Made by a program: the position numbers and the translations under genes. Below the pieces are notes generated by a model that made no database searches, had not been told where the DNA came from, and saw only the letters and a program-made list of their open reading frames with translations. From contig NC_042998.1 of assembly GCF_006345805.1 (NCBI RefSeq), positions 19,530,001 to 19,594,000 on the forward strand: a stretch of 64,000 nt of DNA, written 5' to 3'. This DNA comes from Octopus sinensis (lineage: Eukaryota). Position 1 is the first letter of the stretch. Each line of letters begins with the position of its first letter. This document shows positions 41,177 to 53,947 of this stretch, piece after piece.

Positions 41177-41665
41177 ATGAGATGGCTTGGGCATGTTAGC
41201 CGTATGAAAGATGGCAGAATCCCCAAGGACATACTCTACGGAGAGCTTGCTAGGGGTACTAGGTCTGTGGGTAGACCGATCTTACGTTACAAGGATGTTT
41301 GCAAAAGGGATATGAAGGTCTGCAACATCAACATTAGCGGTTGGGAGGCAGTCGCCGGCAACCGTGGAGAATGGCGACGTACAGTAAAAGAGGGTATACA
41401 GAGGAGTGACAGAAAGAGAGAGGAGAAATGGAAAGAAAGGAAGAGACATAAACAAGAGACCATGGCACTACAACCAGCCAGGAACAGTCTTCGCTACATT
41501 TGCAGTACCTGCCAGAGGGAGTGTTTGTCCAGGATAGGACTACACAGCCACAGCAGGAAATGTATCAGGAAATAAAATATAACAGCCGGACTAGACCTAG
41601 GAAAAAAAAAAAAAAAAAAATGCGCAACTCCATTGTCTCCCGAGACAGAAAGGATGCCAATACAA
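41177..41665 (+). mobile_element. RTE-clade LINE 3' end
   Basis: RMRWLGHVSRMKDGRIPKDILYGEL..G.R..GRP.LRYKDVCKRDMK...WR...CSTCQRECLSRIGLHSHSRKC, followed by a 3' UTR. Confidence 0.9.
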
Positions 41666-42682
41666 TATATATATATATATGTTTGGATATGCGACGGGCT
41701 TGTCCAATTTCCGTTTAGCAAAACTACGCCCAATGATTTGGTAATGCCAGTGCGTAGACTTGAGGCAATAGTTGAGAACACTCGGCCAATGTGTCATATA
41801 GCGTGACTGAAACCGGGGCCATGTGGTTCGGAGCTAAACCCCTTATCACTTAACCACGCCCGGATTTGAATATTTCCTGCATAGTTCAATACGGGAAAAC
41901 ATAGTATTAACATATTCTTTATGTAAACAGTAGTGTCGATATGTCTGTCTGTCTATCTGTCTGTCCGTCCGTCTATCTATTTAATTATCTCTATTTGCGT
42001 CCCTCCTGCTCTTTGTACGGAGAAATTGATATTTAAATGATCTAAAAAACTACTCATAAATTCATACAAATATCTAAAGATAAGGAAAGGATATTCATAA
42101 GCTGTTCGTCTCTGAGATAAATAAACAGCAAAAGATCAACATAATATTGAAAATTCACCATGTGTGCGAACTATATATTCAAATTTCCTGAATTTAATAC
42201 ATTTCCATTAGTACTCATCTGTTCACGAGCCTTAAGAGCCCTGGTGATATATTAATACTGTTATAGCTTCTCTTGCCAATTTCTTGTGTCAATAAACAAT
42301 TTCACGTTTCGTTGAACAAGGATTAAATTCAAAATCATATCTATTGGTATTTTAGTTTCGGATTGATCGATATTCTAGAATAACATATTTTTTTAATTTT
42401 TTTTTATTTGTTATAAATATTTATTTAGATGTTAATTTTTTTATTTCTTTGCTAAATACACTTGTATATTTGTATTTTGAATTGCTTTGAATTTCCCTCC
42501 GGAAAATCGTTTCCAAATAACTATAGACTTGTGAATATTCAAACTAAGAGTGCAATATACGTAATCGCACATGCTCACATATATATATATATATATATAT
42601 TTATGAAGTCACACACACGTGCACACGCAGAAGCGTACATGCAACCTCCCCGGCCATATATATGCATGTGTGTGTGTGCGTC

Positions 42683-42731
<49 letters not shown>

Positions 42732-42756
42732 TATATATATGTATGTATGTATGTAT

Positions 42757-44019
42757 TATTGGGTCATCCCATAAGTAATGGTGTATTTTCAATTTCATGA
42801 CTAAAACTCGGAGGGGAATGGGATACCTCAACTTGCTGTAAAAGTAGGTAGTAATTTTACCTTATACTTATTCGTAGTGCAAGATTTCAAGAGTGCAGTC
42901 CGGTTTCAAAATACTTTTTTCAAAGCTATAATGGAAATGATAAAGGAGTATATTCTGTATATTTTGCTTTATGAGTTCAATAAAGGCAACAACACAAAGG
43001 AAGGTGCGAGGAATATTAATCCAGTATATGGGGATCGGATGTGTAGTGTAAGCCAGCGCCAACGGTGGTTCTAGAAATTCGAAGCCGGATACTACAGTCT
43101 ACAAGACAAGCCTCGTTCTGGAAGATCTGTAGAGCTCGACAAGGACATCCTGCAAAAGTTGGTGCAAGAAAATCCCATTATAACTGTTGAGTAACTTGAA
43201 TTTGGTCATTCAACCATTCATGGGCACCTGCGTGTCATTGGAAACGTCAGCAAATAGGGTTAATTAGGTTTTGAGTCTCATTGTGCGCAGAGTGAATGCG
43301 TGCTTTTCTTTGCTGTCAAGTGTCACGAACGGAGCTGTTTTCATTTTTTTGTTGTTTTTTTGACCGAATACTGACTGGTGGCAAGAAACATGCTGTCTAT
43401 AAAAATGTCAAGCGCCGAAGACAGTGGGTTGGGAGACGGGGAACACCAGTGATCCAGGCTAAAGAAGGTTTTCACCCACGTAAGGTGTTGTTATGTTTAG
43501 TGGGATATGAAAGGTTTTGTCCATTTTGAACTTTTAAACCCAAGCCAAACGGTGACAAAGTACATTCACTGCGAGCAACTTGAGTGGCTTAAGTCAGCGA
43601 TAGAAGAAAAACGACCATCTTTGGTTTCAAGACGAAAGGTGTTCGCCCAGCGGGATAATGCTCGGTTACACATATCGAAGATTACATTTCAAATGCAGTT
43701 TGAACGGGAAGCGACGCCCCTCTACCATGTTCGCCGGACATTGCTCCATCTGATTATCTGATTCCGCAGTCTTCAAAATCATTAGGAAGGGGAAAATATG
43801 AATTCTGTAGATGAGGTCAGAACCTTACTGGAAGAGTATTTTTCGATACGGACAAGTGTATTTTGGCATAGGGGCCTTGCAAGTCTACCAGATAGATGGA
43901 AGAGCATTATAGAAAATGAAAGTATGTTTTAGAATTTAAAAAAAAAAAACTTTTTAATATTGATTTTGAAAAATAGTAGAAGTATAAAAAAACCATATTA
44001 TTTGTGGGATTACGCAATA
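42757..44019 (+). mobile_element. Full-length but decayed mariner (Mos1-like, D,D34D) with TIRs
   Basis: ILLYEFNKGNN...QRWF..FEAG, HPRKVLLC, DNARLH and SPDIAPSDY. Imperfect TIRs tattgggtcatcccataagtaat and attatttgtgggattacgcaata. Length is ~1.26 kb. Confidence 0.88.
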
Positions 44020-44199
44020 CTTTATAGAATGTGGGATTCATATAACGAGATATAAGGAGAAATACATTTACATCTCAACTTGTGACTACACAGTCACGTA
44101 TATATATATATACATACACGCCATACACATAGGCATGCATGGTATTCTGTTTCTGTCTGAGAGAAAATATTCTTCATAGACGTGTTAAAAACACTATAT

Positions 44200-44592
44200 A
44201 TTAGATTGCTTGCATTAGTTACTTGCATTGTAAATGCAAGTAACTACGCCCTTCGGAGCCAGATGCACTCCAAATCGGTCATTCTGGTGGTTTACCGTTT
44301 GTTCGATGTCAAATTTCTTTTCCTGACTGAACATCAGGTCGGGCAGCTTGCCTTCAGCAATCTGACGCAGAATTTTCTGTAGTTGTATTCCTTCCACCTC
44401 CTTTGTGGACGGTTATGATAGCATTTTGGTTTCTAGCTGTTATTTAATTTATAAATCTGAATCTGTTTGACTTGAAACAAAAATTAAAACAACACACTGA
44501 GCTTTTATAGTGATGTATAATTTTCATATCCTATCACATTTCCTGATAGTTGTTAAAGCCCGAAACTTTGGCTGCCTTAAATTTGGGACACC

Positions 44593-44595
<3 letters not shown>
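44200..44595 (-). mobile_element. Internally deleted Tc1/mariner (maT/rosa-like) fragment
   Basis: LMFSQEKKFDIEQTVNHQNDR (compare FSDEKxF..NxQNDR). The terminus is tagggtgtcccaaattt. Confidence 0.65.
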
Positions 44596-44625
<30 letters not shown>

Positions 44626-44644
44626 TTTTCTTTTTTTCATTTTT

Positions 44645-45035
44645 TTTTACTTGTTTCAGTCATTTGACTGCTGCCATGCTCGAGCACCGCCTTTAGTCGA
44701 GCAAATCGACCCCGGGACTTATTCTTTGTAAGACCAGTACTTATTCTATCGGTCTCTTTTGCCGAACCGCTATGTGACGGGGACGTAAACACACCAGCAT
44801 CGGTTGTCAAGCAATGCTAGGGGACAAACACAGACACACACACACACACACACACACACGCATATATATACATATATACGACGGGCTTCTTTCAGTTTAC
44901 GTCTACCAAATCCACTCACAAGGCTTTGGTCGGCCCGAGGCTATAGTAGAAGACACTTGCCCAAGGTGCGACGCAGTAGGATTGAACCCGGAACCATGTG
45001 GTTGGCAGACAAGCTACTTACCACACAGCCACTCC

Positions 45036-45036
<1 letters not shown>
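44645..45036 (-). mobile_element. SINE family C
   Basis: Same structure as 28983-29420. Confidence 0.85.
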
Positions 45037-45083
<47 letters not shown>

Positions 45084-45825
45084 TTATCTGAGGCAAATCC
45101 TGTGCAAGAGTATGTACATTATCTGTCTGTTGCATCGGGAAATGTTGAAGCGACTTAAAAAGAGAGGAGTCGCTAAACACTTACTGTAATTTTGTATATA
45201 TATAATATATGTAATATATGCCATTGGCCTGTTTTCCAGGCGTATTGCATTATTACTTATAATAGAACTCCTGACTACTTTTCTGGAAAGGTATCGAAAT
45301 AAGTTTAAAATATATCAGAAAAGTAAGAATACGTAAGCTATGTAATAAAGAATATGGATTTGGCATTTAAGATTCAAGAATTAATGCCAAAATGCTTTAT
45401 GCTAATATTTAAGGAAGTATTTGGTTTAAAAGCATAAACAAACTTAATATTTACAGCGAAAAACTTCTGTAATTAAAACTAAACATTCATTAAATTGCTT
45501 TAGATTTAATGCAAAAATTCTTCTGAATTATTATGTTTCTAATAAGAAACAGACAAAATCATGCTACAAAAATGGAATTTAGTTATAAGAGAAGAGAAAT
45601 AAATAAAATATGATGGAGCATGTTAATTAAGGAAAATACGCAAGAAAATTATATATGAAGAAAGAATAATATGAAATGAATATAAAAACTAAAGTTTAGT
45701 AACGTACTGAAGGTCTGAAATGGGGTTATCAGAATGTAATTAAGAATAAAGTTAATGAGGAAAAATAAGATTAATTCAAATTCATACGCGTGCGCGTGTG
45801 CGTGTGCGCGTGTGTGCGTGTGCGT

Positions 45826-45866
<41 letters not shown>

Positions 45867-46316
45867 ATTGAGTAATCTCACGTTACACCTTAAAAATATG
45901 TAATTGGATTATAAAAATAAACAAATTCAGGGTTTTAAAACAATATTTTTAATTAATTCGCGAATCACAGAAATGCAATTAGGAGGAGAAATATCATATC
46001 ATTAAAACAAAATGAAAGATGCAGATGAATATATATAGAACAATGAAAACTTATAATCAAGTTTAAATAATTATGGAGAAGTTGAATATATGATCGAAAT
46101 AAGGTTCGATTAATAAATGGATAGAAACCTGATTAGAAATTAATAAAAAGATATGATTTGTAAGTGAAAACTGAAATCGAAAGTTTTATGTTAGTGGTAA
46201 TGAAAATATCTTTATATCTTAAAACTTCCTTGTAAGCAAAGTACACGGCATACACACATTAGCAAAATATCCATCCTCCCACTAACGTCGATAGACTAGT
46301 CTTCTAATTCCAGGAA

Positions 46317-46712
46317 TGGATCTTTTCCTTTTGAACAGCATATGTCAACACAATTTCTAGTTAACTATACACTTTTAAACTTCGTATACTGGTAGAATGT
46401 GTTTATAAAACATCATTTTTTCTTGGCTTTATTGAGGCAATTCTATATGTTGTAACATATTTCCACATTAAAATCGAGCTTTTCGGCAATTTTAACCAAT
46501 CAAATACGTCCATTTGGAGTCAAAACATACCGTGCTGTATGAATATGTCCCTCAGAAACAGATTGGGTTTATTTACATTTGCGAAGAAAAAAAGATACCC
46601 TAACCCCACCCCTAACCCGAACTAACTAAACCTAACCCTAAAATAGACTGAAATGTAATAGATCGATACTAGGGCCATAATTATGGGTGACAATTTCATA
46701 CGACATCGCTAG
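46317..46712 (-). mobile_element. Second, diverged copy of the TTAGGG-containing TIR element
   Basis: Reverse-complement similarity to 3713-4148 (cctaaccc repeats, gatcgatactaggg, cataattatgggtgacaatttcata, ctggtagaatgtgtttataaaacatc). TIRs are degenerate or partly deleted. Confidence 0.8.
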
Positions 46713-46770
46713 AAAAAAATCCCATTTTCCGTATCTTCTTAGTGATGATTACTACAACCGAAACCTCTTA

Positions 46771-47010
46771 GGCGGTGACGTGGCAGAAACGTTAGCATAC
46801 CGTGCGAAATGCTTAGCGGCATTTCGTCTGCCGTTACGTTCTGAGTTCAAATTCCGCCGAGGTCGACTTTGCCTTTCATCCTTTTGGGGTCGATTAAATA
46901 AGTACCAGTTACGCACTGGGATTGATATAATAGACTTAATCCATTAGTCTGTCCTTGTTTGTCCTCTCTGTGTTTAGCCCCTTGTGGGTAGTAAAGAAAT
47001 AGGTATTTCT
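46771..47010 (+). mobile_element. SINE family B
   Basis: Same head and core; tail ...tttagccccttgtgggtagtaaagaaatagg. Confidence 0.85.
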
Positions 47011-47039
47011 TCTGTACGAGTTTGGATTTCTTGGTAAAT

Positions 47040-47740
47040 TTTATTGGAGTACAAGTAAGTGCAAGTTTCTACTGGCTGTTTTTGTGTTATTTCCTGTTAT
47101 AATTATTATTCCTGTTATAATTACATGTGTGATAGTCTTCGTTCGAAAACTATCGTGTGTTTTACCCTGTGGGGGAAACATTAATTGCTGGCAAGATGCC
47201 GAAAAGTGCAACTTCGTCTTGTGAAGAGTCGTCAAACGACAGGGAAGCAAAAGAGAATGAAAGCTTAATATTCGGCGATATTTCGGATTCTTTTGAAAGT
47301 GAATTTCCTTAACCATCAATGTGTACTGTTGCAAAGAGGAATATTGACGTGAAAAGCCTTCAAAGAGAAGAAAATAAACAAAAAGGAAATTTTGTGTCGG
47401 CAGCTGGAAGTGGAACCTGCCTGCTGTCAGCAAAAAAAATAACCTAATGAAGTACAAAGATATGATAACAATTGTAGACGGTGTTGTGGAAGTTCAACCC
47501 CCCGGAAGAACTATTAATGTTAGAAAAAAGATAAACATTTATTTTTAAATCTTACTGTCTCTACAAGGGAAAAAATTGATCGAGGGAGCGAAGAGAAAGT
47601 TGAGAAGTGCTTGAAACCCATCTGACAGGATATCACATAACTAGCCAGAGGGAAGGAGTTCGGTACTATCGAAGTACGACCAAAAGATAAAGAAACTGCA
47701 GAAATGTACTCAGTTAAATCTTTAGAAACGGAGGACGTTG

Positions 47741-47777
<37 letters not shown>

Positions 47778-48760
47778 GTCAAAATGTGACCCCGTGTGTA
47801 CCGTTTGCGATTTTTTTTCCTCTGTCTTCCCTTCTCTGGATCTTTCTTTCTCTTATGTTTCCGACGAAGAGCTCCGCTCGAAACGTTAGTCCCTCCTTCT
47901 TTCCTGAGCGTCCAATAATACTATACTTGTTCCACGTCCTCGCATTGTTGTGTTTTTGTGCTTGTTTGGATTAACTATATATATATATACGGGAAGGGGA
48001 CAGGAAAGATACGTATACCAAGGGTTTCACCTCAAATTGACCCCATGTATTTGATGGTGGCAGTACTGGCAACAAAGGAAGATAACACTCCTTCAGGCTA
48101 CCGTCACAGAAAAGGCTTATTGGACCGGTCAAACGGTTCACCTCCTAATACAAGCAGACAGTAAATTTTAGAACAGTTACCAGAGAAAATAAAAATTGTG
48201 GAGGAATGCTTTAACGCATTATTCGAGGGGCGTAAGCCACGATGTTTCTAGAGTGACCAGCTGGGCCATATAAAAAAAACTCTGTAGAAACGGCGAGGAA
48301 GAAAATCCGATGGTGAGGAGGAGGAGAAGATAGAAACAGAAGAAAAGAACGCAACTAACTACAAGAGAAAAATGAATAGCTCAAATCAACAAAAGCAGAT
48401 CGAACTAAGAACAAAAAAAATAATTAAAAGCTGCGGAAAGTGACAAACCAAAAATAGTAAGGAGAGAAGACAGAGGGTTAATCGTGTTATACAGCAAAAA
48501 TGAAGATTTAATGAGAGAATTAAAAGCGAAAAAACCAGCCTCTAGGATTGCAGAACTTTCTGGTAAATGTAAGAACTACGAGTTCTACTAAATGGCTAAA
48601 AAGACACATAATGCACATAATGTATTACTTAACACGTATAGAAAGTCGGTGAAGATGAAAAAAATTGACACGAAATTCGAAGCAACATCTCCTTCAAATG
48701 GACGGTGTCCCTCAGTGAAGGGTCACCGCTTCAGTTGTTTGATCTCAGACATTTATTAAT
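47040..48760 (+). pseudogene. Decayed L1/Tx1-like ORF1, interrupted by an AT-flanked repeat at 47746-47990
   Basis: LARGKEFGTIEVR...SVKSLETEDVVL / YGKGTGKIRIPRVSPQIDPMYLMVAVL aligns by eye with the ORF at 50917-51768. Confidence 0.55.
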
Positions 48761-48968
48761 CTATGACCCTTATTAATTACTTTACAATAAGTGACATTAC
48801 CCTCAAATGCACTCATGTATTATTGATAATACTATGTCAAAAATATTCCTGAATGAAATCAGTTCTGTTATTTTCATACTAAGAAGGCGACAAACTGTCA
48901 GATTGGTTACTGTGCCGGACAAAATATTTAAGGGCATTTCCTCTGTAATAACTCCCTGTGTTAAAATT

Positions 48969-49376
48969 CTGGCAGAATGGTTAGCACGCCGGACGAAATG
49001 CTCAGCGGCATTTCGTCTGCCGTTACGTTCTGAGTTCAAATTCCGCGCAGGTCGACTTTGTCTTTCATCCTTTCGAGGTCGATTAAATAAGTACCAGTTA
49101 CGCACTGGAGTCGATATAATCGACTTAATCCGTTTGTCTGTCCTTGTTTGTCCTCTCTGTGTTTAGCACATTGTGGGTAGTAAAGAAATAGGTATTTCGT
49201 CTGCCGCTACCTTCTGAGTTCCAATTCCGCCGAGATAGACGCTGTCCTTCATCTTTTTGGGGTCGATTAAATAAATACCAGTTACGCACTGGAGTCGATG
49301 TAATCGACTTAGTACCTTTGACTGTCCTCGTTTGTCCCCTATATGTTTAGCCCCCTGTAGTCAATAAAGAATTAAA
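48969..49376 (+). mobile_element. SINE family B, tandem dimer
   Basis: A full unit followed directly by a second, 5'-truncated unit starting at ggtatttcgtctgcc. Confidence 0.85.
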
Positions 49377-50916
49377 TATTACATATATCTAATATGATTG
49401 ATGAGCACATTAACGCTTAAATTTTGAAATTTGATCTTTGGATTTATATATTTCATGATTAGCTACATATTTCTGTTTAGAACGTATGTCTATAAATCAT
49501 CCATTGTCAAATTTATCTCTATTGCTGCTATAATTACGTATAAATTATCCCACAGAAATCTATACAAATTCGTTTCTCATTACATTAATAGTAGTATGCG
49601 TTGTTTCGTTATTAGATAGCTTTTGCATTGCAATTGTTCGTTTTACATTGTGCATGATATAGTGGCTATAGGTTGTTGTGTGACCAATATTTGTGGGAAT
49701 CATGAAGCTTAAGAATCACATTTATAAATTATATTTGTAATTTATAGCTTCTTCGCGGAATTACATGATTTGAGTTCACTCGAGTATATAATTAATTTTC
49801 TTTTTCTTCTGTTGCAGATCAGTCGAATCAATTTTAGTTGATGAGATTAGCTATAGCATCAAATGTCTACGTTGCTTTGTATATGTACTGATATATTTGA
49901 ATGACGTGGCTTGTTACTTTATCAGAATAACCGTCAACGATAAGTGGTTCTTTTATTCCATGGGTTTCTTTACTTTGCGATCTGTTTGTATAAGAGAGAT
50001 TAAAAGCAATTTTCAGAAGAGGATTTTACCGCTGGCGAGGTATATGCGTGTGATCATTCGCCATTTCTACACAAGTAAATATTTTAAGCGTGGACGGACA
50101 TATTAGTCACTTAAATTCTGCTTAGATTTTCTCTTCTAGAAATTGATTCAATTAGCAAATATATTTATTTGTACTTTTCTAGAAATTGAAGCTTCCAGGC
50201 ATCTTTTTCTTATGTTAGTATTTCCCGGTATGTACATTTTGAGTAGCATATCTACGAAATCCCTCATAGGAAATAACACTACTAACATTAAAATTGTTAC
50301 CAATTAACTTCGTAACCCCTATTACATGGGATGTTGGCATTCCTCTCCATCTTGGTTCAAAACACGATGAAACAAAATCACGTTGTGATTTTAGCCTAGT
50401 TAACACAAATAGTATAACACACACACGCACACACGAGTGTGCGTGCACGATTTTCAATGCTGTGTATGCCATAAAGTATGCAAATCTAACGGAGGCCTCA
50501 AAAGACATTTCAAAATCCAGAAAGAGGAGGAAAGGAAAAGTGATAGTGTATTTTTGATGTTTGATTGACTTTTTGATTTTTACGTAGTAAAAGAACCTTT
50601 GATTTCGAAGGGTTTTCGGTCGGCGGGTGCCGAATACCCTTCCCATTTACATCATTCGCATTTGTCATTTTCATTTCATTAATGTATTTGTCCAGCCCGC
50701 ATTGCTTCTCTGTAAGGCCTTCATGGGCAATTTGATAAAATAAAGAAGATTGCTTACGGTATGGCATTTGTCAGTTGAATTGTTGTTTTCTAGTGTAACA
50801 CACGCGTATTTTGGTTGTCTTGGCGGTGCGACGTTTTCCCTCTTGTTTAATAGAAGGGCGTCGGGTGAGGAGTTGCGAAAGTTTGAATTGTTCTCCTTCA
50901 GAATTGGCAAACACAG

Positions 50917-51768
50917 GTGGCGAAGGAAAGAAGCCAAGACGTGAGGCTGGAGGAATTGAGAGAATTCAAAGGAATGATTAAAAGAGAGTGGAATGATATG
51001 AAGATGTTCCCCACCAAAGAAGTTTTAAACGAAAAAAGTGAGAAAACAATAATTTACAGATCGTACTTGGTGGCAGCCAGGAAGATTGAGATTATGTTAA
51101 CGGCTCAAATAGAAAAAGCACTTAGACTAATCAGACATGGAACTACCTCACTCGGCAGAGGTAGAAAATTTATGACAGTGGAGGTGCGGTTTCAAGAGGT
51201 ATCTACTGCCAGGCTGCACTCAGTAACACCGCTGAGAACTGATGAAGTGGTTCTTCTACTCGTGTACCTTGGGAGACGTGATTACAGGGTTATGGTAGAA
51301 GACATACCCGCAGAGGTGGATGTAGCCTGGCTGGTAGCTGCCATAATGCTAGGCATGGAGGAGAAGGTGGTGGTCATCCAGGCCACCAGAACAACCCACA
51401 GGAACTGGCAAATACAAAACCTTACTATGGTGGTACAAGCTGCAGTGGAAGATATTGAAAATATGGTAGAATCAATCGGAGACGCAACACTAAAAGTCAG
51501 AATGGGAAGGAGGATTCTGCGGTGCTATAATTTTGTCCTCAAATGCCACATTGGAGCGGATTGTCTTCCACCATTTGAGAAAGCTAAGGAGAGACAAGAG
51601 AATAAGAAGCTCGCTGGTCCTCCACTATCCGTGGAGTTTGATGAAAAGGAGAGTGAGGTGGCACCACAGATAAAGACCAATACCAGCGTCGAAGAAGAGA
51701 TGGACAATGAACCGGAAACAGCTGGGAAAAAGAGAAAGAGAAAAGATATCATGCAATGTAATGGATGA
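50917..51768 (+). CDS. L1/Tx1-like LINE ORF1 remnant with degenerate zinc knuckle, 283 aa
   Basis: LGRGRKFMTVEVRF...LRTDEVVLL.VYLGRRDYRVMVEDIPAEVD, RCYNFVLKCHIGADC and a basic/acidic C-terminus. A homolog lies at 47.6-48.2 kb. The clade assignment is inference. Confidence 0.55.
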   Translation: MAKERSQDVRLEELREFKGMIKREWNDMKMFPTKEVLNEKSEKTIIYRSYLVAARKIEIMLTAQIEKALRLIRHGTTSLGRGRKFMTVEVRFQEVSTARLHSVTPLRTDEVVLLLVYLGRRDYRVMVEDIPAEVDVAWLVAAIMLGMEEKVVVIQATRTTHRNWQIQNLTMVVQAAVEDIENMVESIGDATLKVRMGRRILRCYNFVLKCHIGADCLPPFEKAKERQENKKLAGPPLSVEFDEKESEVAPQIKTNTSVEEEMDNEPETAGKKRKRKDIMQCNG

Positions 51769-52654
51769 CCCCCATCCCAAACCCACGCAGCTCCCAGCCA
51801 TATCCATACAACCCCAACCACTCCCTACAGACACCAGCCCTTTCCATGCCCTACCTGGCATAAACATGAGCACAATCACATAGGAGCCCCACAATTCCCC
51901 ACACTCGCCCTTGGAAAAATGGTATAATGTACAATGGAGACAATGAAGAAAGGTATAACAAAATAGACTCGTGGGACAGTATCATGAAAGTGGACGTATT
52001 AGGAGTGGAAGGGATGCTCGAGTACCTTCGTTGTGAAGTGGCAGACCCAGCATATATATATCAAGTTTAAAGGAGGAAAACCATAACTGTGATTGCTGGG
52101 GCAAGAAACTGGACACCAGCTCAAAGCCTGAGCAAGCTTTTATGATATTTTAAAGAAGCACAATGTAAACATCCTTCAGAGGAATGTTAATTAACTTTTG
52201 CTAATAATTGTTTTATAAATCTGCTTGCAGACAGTTTTTCGAAATCAGTGACGAAAAGTTACTGGAAAAACCATAAGGATTTGCAAACGGCTCCCTTCAT
52301 CGAAAACCGGTGATTGCCGGACGCTGAAGACAGGCAAATACCTAGAAACTGCAGTCCGTGCGTATCACTTAGGTTGACGAGAGAGGGATGACATCCCTTT
52401 GCAAATACCATAAGTGCACAGAAAGTGTGCCCAAAGGCAGCTGGAGACGATGGTCTCCTGGGGCTACAAGCTACAGTAACACCCACCCTTAATGGTCAAC
52501 CATATTGAGATGGCTAGTTTACCTTACATTGTTTAACAACTGTTGTATTAAAAGGTTCAGTGAAGTCGCTCGGAGGTGGCGCCACCTTGTGCTCTCCCTT
52601 CTATGTACGGCCTTCATGGCCAATTTCATAAAATAAAGAAGCTTGCTTCTGAAG

Positions 52655-53045
52655 CACCAGGATTGGGATTCAGTCCTACTGCGTGGCAACTTGGGCAAGT
52701 GCCTTTTACTATCGATTCGGGTCGACCAAAGCCCTCTAAGTAGATTTGGTAGACGGAAACAGAAAGAAGCTCGTTGGACATATATGAGTGTGTGTGTGTG
52801 TGTATGCGCGTGTGTGTGTGTGCGTGTGTGTGGGGGGTGAGCTTGTTTCTATGTTTGTCCCCACTTGACAGCCGATGTCGGTGTGTTTACGTCCCCGTAA
52901 CTAAGCGGTTTGGCAAAAGATGAATTATACAATAAGTACTAGGCTTTCAAAAAATAAGTCCTGGCATTGATTTTTTCGATTACAAGCGGTGCTCCAGCAT
53001 GGCCACAGTAAAATGAATGAAGCAAGTAAAAGAATAAAAGAATAA
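52655..53045 (+). mobile_element. SINE family C in sense orientation with (AAAGAAT)n-like tail
   Basis: Reverse complement of the 29 kb and 45 kb copies; ends gtaaaagaataaaagaataag. Confidence 0.8.
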
Positions 53046-53947
53046 GAGAATGTATTTCATGAAGTAACTAAATGCACGCGCATATTGCGAGTGCGTACTT
53101 GTGTGTGCATTTGTAGAATTGTATGTGAGTGTGCAATACTTCAATATCTGTGTTGTGTCGTATCATACAAGCGGGGGTAACTCAGAAGTTAGTAGAGTTC
53201 TCATCATATGAACTATAATTGTCTGAATATCGGTCTACCACTATGTATAAAAAACACCTAATGGTACATGTTTTCATTGATTGATAATTAAACTGTATCA
53301 TTGCCATTAATAACATATTTATTGCAAATATGCAGTTGAAAGTTTTGTTTTGCTTAATTCAAATCACGTGTAATTGCTTGAATTTGAAAATTAGACTGAA
53401 TTTCATAATTTTAAGTAAGCACAATATAACTGGAAAGATATTAAAATTATAATTATCATATCTATGTAAAATTACCTCATATCGATTGCAATCGTAAAAA
53501 TATGTTTCCAACATCACACGTCGCGGGACAGGAAATGATCAAATTAATGACATACAATATCTGAAGTGATAAAATCAGTAGCGTTAAAAAATCTCCAATT
53601 AGATTCAATAGAATCCAATGCAGAATATATCTGAATGCATCAGTTTAAAAAAAAATGGGGCGAATAAGTGTTTAAGTCAGATTGCCAATTCATGAATAAC
53701 ATTGCGTACATACATAAATCTGTCTATCTGAATATCTATGTGTCTAACTGTCTGTCCATGTACATATACATGTATGTAGGTATCTATCTGTCTATGTATA
53801 TGTATCTATGTATGTGTCTAAGTTGTATGCAACAGCGATTAACTCTTATAAAAATAGCATGTGCTTTTATTCCCTCTAAACCTGTCTAAATCTTATCACG
53901 TGTATAACAAGATATTCAGACAACCTTAATAAACATATATACATTCA

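Noticed and set aside
45240-45290. 51-nt exon-like segment (CCAG...AAG/GTATCG)
   Set aside because: Weak donor and unrecognised peptide; expected by chance in 64 kb.
45785-45865. (GCGTGT)n alternating purine-pyrimidine tract, Z-DNA prone
   Set aside because: A common microsatellite variant with no evidence of function.
47860-47895. ccgacgaagagctccgctcgaaacgttagtc, hammerhead-like
   Set aside because: The core is altered (CCGACGA plus an extra A) and no stem I can form.
50215-50646. 143-aa - strand ORF
   Set aside because: No recognisable domain, it spans a short (AC)n tract, and there is no splice support.
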